Counted from the stretch's first letter, positions 36,101 to 46,431 are shown. The stretch is DNA of 64,000 bases from Planctomycetota bacterium (GCA_965228735.1 OZ245838.1:672001-736000), one strand, 5' to 3'. The notes: a model not told the origin generated them from the sequence alone. Translations and numbers: made by a program.

Positions 36101-36964
36101 GAGGTGCTGCAGGGCCCGCCGTTGCCGCCCGACGAGGTGCAGCTCTATGCCGACCTCGCGTGCCAGTGGGACGACCCCGAGTTCGACGCCAGCGAGGCGA
36201 AGAAGGAGGTCAAGGTCCTGCAGTCGCAGAAGGACCGCCTCGGTTCGGTCAACCTCGATGCCGTGCGCGAGCTCGAGGACGAGGAGGGCGAGTTCGGCAA
36301 CACGGAGCAGGAGGTCGCGGACCTCAAGGAGGCGCGGCGCGCGCTGCTCGAGACGCTCAAGACGCTCGAGACCGAGTCGCGCACGCTGTTCGAGGCGACG
36401 TTCCACGCGGCGCGGAAGAACTTCCAGGAGCTGTTCCGCAAGCTGTTCCAGGGCGGCCGCGCCGACATGTTCCTCGGCGAGGCCGAGGACATGCTCGAGG
36501 CCGGCATCGAGATCGTGGCGCAGCCGCCGGGCAAGCAGCTGCAGTCGATCAACCTGCTGAGCGGTGGTGAACGTTCGCTCACGGCGGTTGCGATCCTGTT
36601 CGCGCTGTTCAAGGTGCGGCCGAGCCCGTTCTGCATCCTCGACGAGGTGGACGCCGCGCTCGACGACACGAACGTCGAACGCTTCCTGCGCGTGCTGCGC
36701 GAGTTCATCGAGGACACGCAGTTCTGCATCGTGACCCACCACAAGCGCACGATGGCCGAGTGCCAGGTGCTCTACGGCATCACGATGCAGCGCCGCGGCA
36801 TCAGCTCCCGCATCGCGGTCGCGCTCGCTCAGGTCGACAGCTTCCAGGAAACGGGCGAGCTCGACGGCGACGAAGGCGCCGGCGCCAACCCGGCCGTGCA
36901 GCGCGGCGGCGTCGACCCGGCGCTGAAGCAGCGCATCGCCGGCGAAGAGCACATCGGGTTCTGA
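33146..36964 (+). CDS. smc: Chromosome segregation protein SMC
   Basis: GFKSF, GPNGCGKSN, coiled coils, hinge, LSGGE, LDEVDAALD, VTH. Confidence 0.97.
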   Translation: MRLKRLVARGFKSFADRTEFEFDSRLTGIIGPNGCGKSNVVDAIKWVLGDQRAKSLRGTAMTDVIFKGAEGRPALGMAEVTITFESPEERNGRTEIDISRRLTVDKESTYLLNGEQVRLKDVRDELLDTGLGTGGYSVMEQGRIDAVLSANPEARRAIFEEAAGISRFKLQKKEALRKLERTDQNLARATDLLEERARRIRSLRIQAGKARRWRELQAELRDLRAALAVLDGRQLRAETETIRERLGELQQEHGAAEEGGRASAAELAIADEAIVAAANALEAVQAELSTARNELTSHTERAEAQGQRASDLDAEIERGRQRVRAIHDQQQERRGELTEAQQDLASRESDLIAIHRDLEEQRKSVQSALDAMRALQSEREQLRERQLDLLHRRTRSRNLASDASAKIAAVRGREQRLDERREVLGDETGSIDRDVATWREQLTELSTRERILGEREQRALSDLEVADAAAAELAQRESDLRRDLSQVEGRQQALQAMEAHMEGLDEAPRYVLEKQPPGLRGRLLDLIEIDLEHGVALEAALGPFVQALVVDTREHAAAIVRDLAEQRLGRVLLLVEEAFGEQPRGGSTLLTPPTGANYLTDLVRHVLEGEADDDGVIAPNTGSERLMAWLLRGVVLADFDIADSARADLCFVTPDGTLVCGPRMEGGAVAEGHAGLVVRKSQIQRLGEEAAELEERLDAQRVDKDTAATRVARLKRELKELGHGLQAVRRLRQEAEGEVTRLAARRRDVDNELGELALEAAELRRTESGALGRLGVALFDQFLLSRMEQAVEADDSALDERVRAAEQASKAEQDKEQELRLKQVQTGEAREGLVRSIRVHEAALEDLERAGQEVEDRQLDAESDRDRAQQEQQRLQDLATEVSEHVEGLELQKGERQTTLDDARTARGRVQQQVHEWEQRRSLASEQLTQARLQLADVEHRFSRLEDRLREDTRIELLRCLGEVRGIGLIDQRGFVGPPARSGVVEVLQGPPLPPDEVQLYADLACQWDDPEFDASEAKKEVKVLQSQKDRLGSVNLDAVRELEDEEGEFGNTEQEVADLKEARRALLETLKTLETESRTLFEATFHAARKNFQELFRKLFQGGRADMFLGEAEDMLEAGIEIVAQPPGKQLQSINLLSGGERSLTAVAILFALFKVRPSPFCILDEVDAALDDTNVERFLRVLREFIEDTQFCIVTHHKRTMAECQVLYGITMQRRGISSRIAVALAQVDSFQETGELDGDEGAGANPAVQRGGVDPALKQRIAGEEHIGF

Positions 36965-36999
36965 GCACGGTTGCTCGCGGAGCGAGCAAACGTGCTCAG
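36961..36999 (+). terminator. Long stem-loop at the smc stop
   Basis: CTGAGCACG-G-TTGCTCGC-GGA-GCGAGCAA-A-CGTGCTCAG; no U tract. Confidence 0.55.
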
Positions 37000-37119
37000 G
37001 GCCTCGCCGCGCTCCTTCGGAGCGCCGCTTCGGTTCTGAAGGCCGGGTGCGAACCCGGCAGATCGTACCGGGTACCGTACGGGGTCGCGCGGTACCGCCA
37101 TCGGCGTAGGCTGTTCGGC

Positions 37120-39486
37120 ATGTTGCGCCGTCACCTGTCGCTGGTCCTCACGCTCGCGTTGGCTGCTTGCTCGGCGTCGCCGCCGCGCGTGTCGCACGAG
37201 GACCCGGCGCTAGCGCGGGTGACGGCGGATCTGCGGCCGTACATCCTGCGGCAGATCAGTGAGATGGGGATTCCGGGGGCGTGCATCGCGGTGCTCGACG
37301 TCGATCCCGTGACCGGCGAAGAACGGTATTGGGTCGAGGGTTTCGGCTACTGCGACGCGGCAGCGGCGGAGCGCGGGATGCGCAACACGATGCCGACCGG
37401 CGACCCGGCCTTGCCGGCCAACGCCGTGCATCGCGTCGCGTCGATCAGCAAGTTGTTCACTGCCACAGCCGCGATGGTGCTCGTCGAACGCGGTCAGCTC
37501 GACCTCGACGTGCCGGTGTCGCGCTACTTGCCGGAGTTCCAGCCGCACAACCCGTTCGACGGGGACATCACGCTGCGCCACCTCATGGGGCATCGCGCGG
37601 GCATCGTGCGCGAGTCGCCCGTCGGGCACTACTTCGATCCGGACGAGCCGACCCTCACTGCGACGGTTGCGTCGCTGAACGGCACGTCGCTCGTCCACGC
37701 GCCGGGCAGCAAGATGAAATACAGCAACCCCGGCGTGGGCGTGGTCGGCGAAGTGGTCGCGCGGGTGACCGGCAAGTCGTTCGAGGACGCCGTCCGCGAG
37801 CTCGTGCTCACGCCGCTCGGCATGCACGACAGCGACTTCGCCGAACGGCCGGATCTCGTCGCGCGCCAACCCCACGGCGTCATGTGGACCTACGACGGCC
37901 GCGACGTGCCGACGCCCGACTTCCAGTTCGGCTACTCGTCGGCGGCCAACCTGCGGAGCACGGTCTTCGACCTGGCGCGCTTCGCGCGCAGCTGGTTGCC
38001 CGACGCGAAGCAGCGCGTGCTTCGCCGCGAGACGCAGCTGCGGATGTGGGCGTTGCCGCCCGGGGAGACGCGCGGCTGCGGACTCGGCTTCTTCATGAAC
38101 GAGATCGACGGGCGCCGCACGGTCAGTCACGGCGGCGCGGTCTACGGCTTTGCCTCGAACCTCACGGCGATGCCCGACGACGGGCTCGCCGTCGCGGTCG
38201 TCGTCACCAAGGACTTCTGCAACGACGTCGCGGATGCGATCGCTCGGCGCGCCCTCGAGGCGGCGATCAAGAACCGCGAGGGCGAGTCGCTGGATCCGCC
38301 CGTGTACCCGCAGCCGGTCGGGCGCGACCGGGCCCGGAAGCTGGCCGGCACGTGGCTGTGCGGCGAGGACTGGGTCCGGCTCTACGAACGCGATGGCGAA
38401 CTGATCTACGACCCGAACATCGGCGTTCGGACGCGGCTGCGCGTCATGCCGGACGGTCGGATGATCGGCGACGATCCGCTCGCGATCGGCGGGCGCGTGC
38501 TGCGCGAACTCGAGAACGGCAACCTGCACGATGGCATGGTCGAGTATGTGCGCGACACCAGCGTGCCCGCGCCGTGCCCGGCGGAGTTGCTGCCGTACCT
38601 CGGCGAGTACGGCTGGGAGCACAACGTGCTCATCGTGTACGAGGACCGCGGCCGGCTCGGCGTGCTCATCGAGTGGGTCATCCGCGACATCGTCGACCCG
38701 GCTGGCGACGACCGCTTCGTGTTCCCGGGCGGCATGTACCGCAACGACCAGCTGCGCTTCGAGCGCGACGAACGCGGCGAGGTCGTAGCCGCGGTCGTCG
38801 GCGGCGCGCGGTTCCCGCGGCTGCCCGGACCGACCGCGGGTACGTTCCGCATCGATCCGGTGCGGCCGATCCCCGAACTCATCGAGGAAGCGCGCGCGAG
38901 CGTCGGTCCGCCCGCGCCCGGTCCCGCACGGCTGCGCGACTTCGATCTTCTCGACCTGCGCGCGATCGGCGACACGCTGAAGCTCGACATCCGCTACGCG
39001 TCGGACAACAACTTCCTCGGGCACGCGATCTACCCCGAGGCGATCGCCAAGATGCAGCGGCCCGCGGCGGGGGCGCTGAAGCAGGTGCACGAGCGCCTCG
39101 CGGAGCAGGGTCTCGGCCTCGTGATCTTCGACGCCTACCGGCCGTGGTGGGTCACCAAGGTATTCTTCGACGCGACGCCGGAGTCGATGAAGCACTTCGT
39201 CGCCGACCCGGCGCACGGCTCACGCCACAACCGTGGCTGCGCCGTGGATCTCTCGCTGTATCACCTCGACTCCGGCGAGGTGATCACGATGCCGAGCGGC
39301 TACGACGAGTTCACGGCCCGGGCCTACCCTGACTACGTGGGTGGCACGTCACGCCAGCGCCACTACCGCGAGGTGCTGCGCCGCGCGATGGAGGACGCCG
39401 GCTTCACCGTGTACGAGTACGAGTGGTGGCACTTCGACTTCCACGAGTGGCGGCGGTATCCGCTCGGGAACGAGGTGCTGAAGTAG
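37120..39486 (+). CDS. Lipoprotein: beta-lactamase-family serine hydrolase fused to a VanX-type (M15D) D-Ala-D-Ala dipeptidase
   Basis: Lipobox LAAC; SISK, YSN, HGG; C-terminal DIRYA..NFLG, DAYRP, SRHNRGCAVD, EWWHF. Confidence 0.9.
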   Translation: MLRRHLSLVLTLALAACSASPPRVSHEDPALARVTADLRPYILRQISEMGIPGACIAVLDVDPVTGEERYWVEGFGYCDAAAAERGMRNTMPTGDPALPANAVHRVASISKLFTATAAMVLVERGQLDLDVPVSRYLPEFQPHNPFDGDITLRHLMGHRAGIVRESPVGHYFDPDEPTLTATVASLNGTSLVHAPGSKMKYSNPGVGVVGEVVARVTGKSFEDAVRELVLTPLGMHDSDFAERPDLVARQPHGVMWTYDGRDVPTPDFQFGYSSAANLRSTVFDLARFARSWLPDAKQRVLRRETQLRMWALPPGETRGCGLGFFMNEIDGRRTVSHGGAVYGFASNLTAMPDDGLAVAVVVTKDFCNDVADAIARRALEAAIKNREGESLDPPVYPQPVGRDRARKLAGTWLCGEDWVRLYERDGELIYDPNIGVRTRLRVMPDGRMIGDDPLAIGGRVLRELENGNLHDGMVEYVRDTSVPAPCPAELLPYLGEYGWEHNVLIVYEDRGRLGVLIEWVIRDIVDPAGDDRFVFPGGMYRNDQLRFERDERGEVVAAVVGGARFPRLPGPTAGTFRIDPVRPIPELIEEARASVGPPAPGPARLRDFDLLDLRAIGDTLKLDIRYASDNNFLGHAIYPEAIAKMQRPAAGALKQVHERLAEQGLGLVIFDAYRPWWVTKVFFDATPESMKHFVADPAHGSRHNRGCAVDLSLYHLDSGEVITMPSGYDEFTARAYPDYVGGTSRQRHYREVLRRAMEDAGFTVYEYEWWHFDFHEWRRYPLGNEVLK

Positions 39487-39536
39487 GCGCCGTCCGCCGC
39501 GACGCGATCCGGCGGCGAACGCGCAGTGCGACGGAG

Positions 39537-39935
39537 CTACAGCGTCCGGGAGAGGGCCAGGAGCTCGTACGCGGTCTCGTACGACTCGCCGTCGGATGAC
39601 TCGCTGGATTCGCCGCGGCAGGTCACGCTGCGCTTCTGCGGTGCCGTCGCCAGGACCGCGTCGAGCGCGAGGTCTTCGAAGCGCGTCGTGCTCGTGCGGT
39701 TCGGCGGCGTCTTGAACCACAAGGAGAACGGCTTGCCATCGTGCTCACCCCTGAGGCGGAAGCCGACGGTGCCGTCGGCACGCACCGTCCATTCGGCGAT
39801 CGTTCCCTGTCGTTCCATCGCGCGCCGCAGGGTCGCGTTCTCGACGGGGGTGCTCGTCGGGGTCGCGGTCGCCGCGATGAAGGCGAAGGGGAGAATGAGG
39901 GGCGAGCAGAGAAGGAGCGTGCGGGGGAGTTTCAT
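39537..39935 (-). CDS. Small secreted hypothetical protein
   Basis: SD AAGGA upstream; signal peptide. Confidence 0.65.
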   Translation of the reverse strand: MKLPRTLLLCSPLILPFAFIAATATPTSTPVENATLRRAMERQGTIAEWTVRADGTVGFRLRGEHDGKPFSLWFKTPPNRTSTTRFEDLALDAVLATAPQKRSVTCRGESSESSDGESYETAYELLALSRTL

Positions 39936-40011
39936 GGTGATGTCCTTTGCGGTTGTGGAGCGGGTCCGAACGGCGTGCCCGAGGCGGGAGAGGGCGAGGG
40001 TGGCGGTGGGC

Positions 40012-40509
40012 TCAGTCGGACGGGCCGCCGAGCTGCGACGTCAGCATCCAGTGGTGCTTCTCGATCGCGGAGACGATGCCGATCGCGAGGTCCTCACTGA
40101 TCGGGTCGACCTCGGCGAGCTTGGCCATGGCCGATCGGCCGCGGCGGGACATCGCGGCGAGGTCGTCGCAGACGAGGCCGATCGCCTGTTCGACCGTCAG
40201 CAGGCCGGACGGGAAGTCGCCGAGTTCGGCCTTGGTCGACACGGTCGCCGGCAAGCCATCCGCGGCGCCGCCGACGGTCACGATCCGTTCGGCCACGTCG
40301 TCGACGGCCTCGCGGACATCGACGAGGATCTCGTCGAGCTGCTCGTGGATCGACTTGAAGCGGCGGCCACGCAGGTTCCAGTGCGCCTGCTTGAGGCGGA
40401 GGGCGGTGGCGACGAGGCCCGGGAGCCAGGTCTGCAGCGCCTCGACGGTCTGGGCGCGGTTGTGGTCGGGGAGGTCGAAGGGGGTGGAACGATGAAGCGT
40501 TTCAGTCAT
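40012..40509 (-). CDS. dps: Dps family DNA-protection / ferritin-like protein
   Basis: KQAHWNLRG, HEQLDE, DDVAERI, EKHHWML. Confidence 0.92.
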   Translation of the reverse strand: MTETLHRSTPFDLPDHNRAQTVEALQTWLPGLVATALRLKQAHWNLRGRRFKSIHEQLDEILVDVREAVDDVAERIVTVGGAADGLPATVSTKAELGDFPSGLLTVEQAIGLVCDDLAAMSRRGRSAMAKLAEVDPISEDLAIGIVSAIEKHHWMLTSQLGGPSD

Positions 40510-40715
40510 TGGTGGGGAAGCGGCGAGCCGCTCGCGAAGGGCGCGAGGCCGGCGGCTCGTCGCGGCACCTACATCAACTGCCGTGCCAGGCACTGCAAGG
40601 CAACGGGATTCGGGTCCGATCCCGAATCGCACCCTGCGGTCGGTCGTTCAGCTGCCGATCCGACTGCAGTTCGACTTCCGATCGCGATTGCTCGATCCTG
40701 CGAGTTCCGCAGGTT

Positions 40716-41594
40716 CTACCCCGGGGCGCGGTCGGTCGGCGTCGGGATGCGTCGGTCCAGCCACCTCGTGACGCAGTCGATCACGGCGTCCCGGCGTTCC
40801 GGCAGATCGTTGAACAGCTCGTGATACGTGTCGTCGAACGCCACGACGTCACCGACCGCGTGCGCGGCAGCGAAGCGGCGGGTCGCGTCGGCATCGACCA
40901 CCTTGTCCACGCTCGCGAACATCAACAGCACCGGCAGCCCTTGCGGCAGCGTCGCCGCGTGCACGCGCGCCATCGCGCGGGTCGCTTCGCGGAACCAGCG
41001 CGGCGTCGTCGTGCGAAACACCAGTTCGTCCGCGCCGTAGCGCGCCTGCAGCTCGGGATCGCGGCAGACCGCGCTCGGGTCGAGCCCGGACGGCAGCGGA
41101 CAGCTCGGCCAGATCACGTCGAGGACGCGGGCGGCGAGGCGCTCCGCGATCGTGATGCGGCGCCCGAGACCGAGCAGTGGCGAAGACAGCACGACGCCGG
41201 CGAGTTCGGGCCGTGCGCGATCTGCCGCGGTCAGCAGATCGAGGATGACGAGGCCGCCCATGGAATGGCCGAGCAGGAACACGGGCAGCGGTTGGCCCGC
41301 GGGCCCGTGCGCCGCGGCGAACTCGCCGGCCCGGTCGAGCAGCTGCACGACGTCCGCGCCGTAATCGGCGAACCGCCGGACGTGGCCGCGCCGGCCTGGC
41401 GAACGGCCGTGACCACGCAGATCGAGCGCGATCGCCGCCATGCCGTGATCGCGCAGCGCGGCCGCGACATGGGCGTATCGGGCGCCGTGCTCGGCGTAGC
41501 CGTGGACGATCGCGACGACCGCGCGGGCGCCCGGGAACGTCCAGTCGTGGAAGTTCGGGGCGGCGGACTCGGGGTGGTCTCTGCTGGCGGCCAT
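40716..41594 (-). CDS. Alpha/beta hydrolase (lysophospholipase-like)
   Basis: VHGYAEHGARY, DLRGHGRS, GHSMGG, DKVVD, YHELFND. Confidence 0.9.
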   Translation of the reverse strand: MAASRDHPESAAPNFHDWTFPGARAVVAIVHGYAEHGARYAHVAAALRDHGMAAIALDLRGHGRSPGRRGHVRRFADYGADVVQLLDRAGEFAAAHGPAGQPLPVFLLGHSMGGLVILDLLTAADRARPELAGVVLSSPLLGLGRRITIAERLAARVLDVIWPSCPLPSGLDPSAVCRDPELQARYGADELVFRTTTPRWFREATRAMARVHAATLPQGLPVLLMFASVDKVVDADATRRFAAAHAVGDVVAFDDTYHELFNDLPERRDAVIDCVTRWLDRRIPTPTDRAPG

Positions 41595-41636
41595 GGGGCG
41601 GGTCGCGGCGGGCCGTTGTGCTACACTCACCGCCCC

Positions 41637-43505
41637 GTGAGGATCAAGGCCAGACATCACGCCATTGCGACGACCGCAGTCCTCCTGCTGTTCTCGTTCG
41701 GGTTGTTCTCGATCGGGCAGCTCACCGCCCAGGCGCCCGGCTCGGATCGCGCGCGCCCGACGGCCGCGAGCATCCGGGCGGCAGAACGGGCGATGAGCCG
41801 GGTGATCGCACGCAGCCCGCACGTGCACGGCAACGTCCTCGACGTCAAGCTCCGCGAGGGCACCGGCGCCGAGCTGCGTGGTGGCCGACTGCACTCACGG
41901 ACGGGCGCCGATCTGGGGGCGGTCCAGGCCGCGTTCGATGCCGCGATGACGGTGCGGCCGCTGTTCACCGCCGCGCCGTGGGACGAGCTCGATCGCCTGC
42001 ATCGCACCGCGTGCGAGAACCTCGCCCGGCAGGGCTGGCCCGCGCATCAGCGCCCGGGTCATCTCGGGCTCTGGTTCGAGCTCGAGTTCGCGACCGCCGA
42101 GGCTGCCGCGCTGTGGCACGAACGCCTCTGGGAGCTCTTGCTCGTCGATCACGTCGTCCACGCGGCGCGCCCCGTGCCGGCATCGGCGCACGCGCTGCCG
42201 CCGACCGCCGCGCCGCTGCCGAACGACATCCCGCCGCCGACTCCGCTGTTCACGGCGTTGCAGCAGACGCACGAAGCGACGCCGCACGGCCACGGCACGT
42301 GGCTGGCGCAAGGCGTGCTCGGCGCGCGTGGTCAGGGCGTCGGCATCGTCATGGTCGAATCGGAGTGGCACTACGACCACGAGGACGTCGCCGGGCTCGT
42401 GACGGCGAACGTGATCGGTCCGGTGCCGGGCTCGAGCACCCCGGACGCGCTGCACGGCACGGCCGGGGCGTCGATGTTGATCGCCGATCGCAACGCGTAC
42501 GGGATCACCGGCGTCGTCGACGAGAGCTCCGCGCGCTTCGTGTCGCAGCTGACGAACGGCGGGGTCCCGAACTCGCTGCTGCTCGCGGGCATCAACTCGC
42601 AGCCGGGTGATGTCGTGATGCTCGTCATGATGTTCCTGCTCGGCCAGAACGGGGCCCAGGACTGGGTCCCGTTCGAGCTGTTGCAGCCCGTGTTCGACGC
42701 GACGCTGACCCTGACGGGCAACGGGGTGCTGACCGCGGTATCGGCGGGCAACGGCGACAACAACCTCGACGACCCGCGGTTCTTCCGGCTGTTCGATCGC
42801 ACGTTCCGTGACTCGGGGGCGTTCGTCGTGACGTCCACCGTCGCCGCGCAGCTGAACAAGGCACCGTTCTCGAACTATGGCTCCCGCATCGATGCCAACA
42901 GCTGGGGCGACGATGTCATGGCGGCGGGGATCGGGACGCTGTTCTTCCCCAACCAGGACCGGCGTCAGGCCTACACGTCGGACTACACCGGGACGAGTTC
43001 GGCGGTCCCGTCGATCACCGGGATGATCGCCGCGATCCAGGGCGCCGCGGAGCTGCAGCTCGGGTCGCGCCTGACGCTGACGCAACTTCGGCAGCTCCTC
43101 TGGACCCACGGACCGCAGTCGCCGGACGAGATCAAGCGGCGGCCGGACCTCGTCGCGATCCTGCAGGCCATCGGGGCCAGCGATGGCCTCGCGGTCAGCC
43201 ATCCGGACCTGGCGTACGGAACCGCGGAGACGGTGACGGTGACCGGGCCGGCCGGCGGCGGGGCGTTCCTGTTCGCGGCGTTCGGGCGCGGTCACACGGA
43301 TCTCGGCTTCAACCGGCCGATCCACCTCGATCTGCCGTCGCTGCTCACGGTTGGATTCGCCCCGATGCCGACCGGATCGGCGGCGTTCTCGATCGCGATC
43401 CCGAGTGATCCGACGCTCGCCGGGTTGAGCCTCTACCTGCAGGCGGGTGTGCTGCAGGGCGGCGGGATCCACGTCACGAACAGCGGCCAGCTGACCGTCT
43501 GGTAG
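41637..43505 (+). CDS. Secreted S8 (subtilisin-like) serine peptidase with C-terminal beta domain
   Basis: Signal peptide, prodomain, HGTA, SAGNG, FSNYGSRID, GTSSA. Confidence 0.88.
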   Translation: MRIKARHHAIATTAVLLLFSFGLFSIGQLTAQAPGSDRARPTAASIRAAERAMSRVIARSPHVHGNVLDVKLREGTGAELRGGRLHSRTGADLGAVQAAFDAAMTVRPLFTAAPWDELDRLHRTACENLARQGWPAHQRPGHLGLWFELEFATAEAAALWHERLWELLLVDHVVHAARPVPASAHALPPTAAPLPNDIPPPTPLFTALQQTHEATPHGHGTWLAQGVLGARGQGVGIVMVESEWHYDHEDVAGLVTANVIGPVPGSSTPDALHGTAGASMLIADRNAYGITGVVDESSARFVSQLTNGGVPNSLLLAGINSQPGDVVMLVMMFLLGQNGAQDWVPFELLQPVFDATLTLTGNGVLTAVSAGNGDNNLDDPRFFRLFDRTFRDSGAFVVTSTVAAQLNKAPFSNYGSRIDANSWGDDVMAAGIGTLFFPNQDRRQAYTSDYTGTSSAVPSITGMIAAIQGAAELQLGSRLTLTQLRQLLWTHGPQSPDEIKRRPDLVAILQAIGASDGLAVSHPDLAYGTAETVTVTGPAGGGAFLFAAFGRGHTDLGFNRPIHLDLPSLLTVGFAPMPTGSAAFSIAIPSDPTLAGLSLYLQAGVLQGGGIHVTNSGQLTVW

Positions 43506-43743
43506 CGTTCGAAGAACGGCGAGATCGGCGGTCTTTGACCGCGGTCGTCGACCGGGGCCGATGGTCGGGGTGGACACGGGGAGTTCTCGGCCAGGAATGG
43601 CAGGAGCCACGCGGGGTCGTGAGCCGATGAAGGTTGATCCACGACGTATTTTTCCCGCTGCGGCCACGATGTCTCGCTCTACTCTCATCCCCGAAGAACC
43701 CCCTCTGACCAGGCCCCCCGAACCGATTGCCGCTGACGCCGCG

Positions 43744-45042
<1,299 letters not shown>

Positions 45043-45099
45043 GCGGCTCGCGGCCGGGGCGGTAGCTCCCGTTCCTGCCGGCCCAATGAACCGCACTCC

Positions 45100-45309
45100 A
45101 TGAGCGATGAACGGCAGATGACCGGGCGGCTCGTCCGCCCCGGCGGCGATACCGAGTCCTTCGATCGCGAGTTCTGGCGGTCCATGACCGGGGAAGAACG
45201 CGTCGCTGCGTTGTGGGGGATGGTCCTCGATGCGATTGCCGTTCGAGGAGGTGATCCCGATGACGAACCGCGACTTCAAAGATCTGTTGGCCGCGTTATC
45301 CGGCCGTGA
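45100..45309 (+). CDS. Small hypothetical protein (partner of the downstream nucleotidyltransferase)
   Basis: FWRSMTGEERV and EPRLQRSV motifs typical of short ORFs preceding such nucleotidyltransferases; overlaps the next gene. Confidence 0.6.
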   Translation: MSDERQMTGRLVRPGGDTESFDREFWRSMTGEERVAALWGMVLDAIAVRGGDPDDEPRLQRSVGRVIRP

Positions 45310-45608
45310 GGCCCGCTTCTTGATCGTCGGGGGCTACGCGGTGACCTATCACGCACGCCCTCGCTTCACGAAGGATCTCGACGTCTGGGTCGAGCCGTCA
45401 GCTGCCAACGCTGCGCGAGTGATCGAAGCGTTGACCGAGTTCGGGGCGCCCTTGGCAGTTCGCGGAGTGCTGGCTACGCCGCGTCGAGGCGAAGTTCGCG
45501 GGTGTCGCGGTCGCCTACTTGTCCGTCGCTGATTTGATCATCAACAAGCGTGCTGTCGGGCGGCCTCAGGATCTGCTCGACGTGGCGGAACTCGAGAAGC
45601 TGGCCTGA
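45260..45608 (+). pseudogene. Nucleotidyltransferase (DUF6036-like) pseudogene with internal deletion and frameshift
   Basis: N-terminal IVGGYAV..H..PRFTKDLD up to FGAPL; C-terminal FAECW...DLIINKRAVGRPQDLLDV in a shifted frame from 45456; SD GAGGAGG. Confidence 0.8.
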
Positions 45609-45642
45609 GTGGGAGCGGCTCTGAGGCCGCGTGCCGGAGCGG

Positions 45643-46431
45643 CTATTTCGACGGCGCGGCCTTCGGTCGCCAGTTGGCTTCCTCGGCCTGGATCTGCGGG
45701 ATCAGCTTGCGCAGGGTCTCCGCGCGCTCGAGTGGGTCGGGATGCGTGCTGAGCCACGCTGGCGTGCCGCCGCCGAGTTTGGCCATGCGTTCCCACAGCT
45801 CCGGGGCCGCGTTCGGGTCGTAGCCCGCGCGCACCGCGTAGCGCAGACCGAGGACGTCGGCTTCGGTCTCGTGGGTACGGCTGTACGGCAGCAGCACGCC
45901 GTACTGCGCCGTGGCCCCGACCGCGGTCATCAGCAGCCCCTTGGACTCCTCGCTGATCTCGGTCGTCGACACCCCGGCGTCGATCACGGCCTGGGCGATG
46001 TTGGTCACGAGGCCCTGCGTCATGCGCTTGCCACCGTGGCGCAGGATCGCGTGGGCGACCTCGTGGCCCATGATCGCGGCGAGCATGTCGGGCGTGTCCG
46101 CGAGCCCGGGCTGCATGATTCCGGAGTAGATCGCGATGCGACCGTTCGGCAGGCAGAACGCGTTGGGGATGTCGGGCGCATCGAGCAGCCGCGCTTCCCA
46201 GGCGAAGTTCGGTTCGTCGGCGGCGGCCGTGATCTTCTGCGCGACGCTCTGGACCCGCGAGTACATCGCGCCACTCGTGATGGGCCGATGGTCGTTGCTG
46301 GCCTCCTCGTAGGCCTGGGCGCTGAGCGGCTCGAGCTCTTCGTCGGAGTACAGATTGAGGTTGCCGAAGGCCTCGCAGCCGGCGAGGGCGAGGATCACGG
46401 GCACGGCGAACAGGAATCGCAGGGAGCGCAT
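45643..46431 (-). CDS. M48 family metallopeptidase lipoprotein
   Basis: Lipobox LAGC; NAFCLPNG, HEVAH, ETEAD, WLSTHP. Confidence 0.92.
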   Translation of the reverse strand: MRSLRFLFAVPVILALAGCEAFGNLNLYSDEELEPLSAQAYEEASNDHRPITSGAMYSRVQSVAQKITAAADEPNFAWEARLLDAPDIPNAFCLPNGRIAIYSGIMQPGLADTPDMLAAIMGHEVAHAILRHGGKRMTQGLVTNIAQAVIDAGVSTTEISEESKGLLMTAVGATAQYGVLLPYSRTHETEADVLGLRYAVRAGYDPNAAPELWERMAKLGGGTPAWLSTHPDPLERAETLRKLIPQIQAEEANWRPKAAPSK

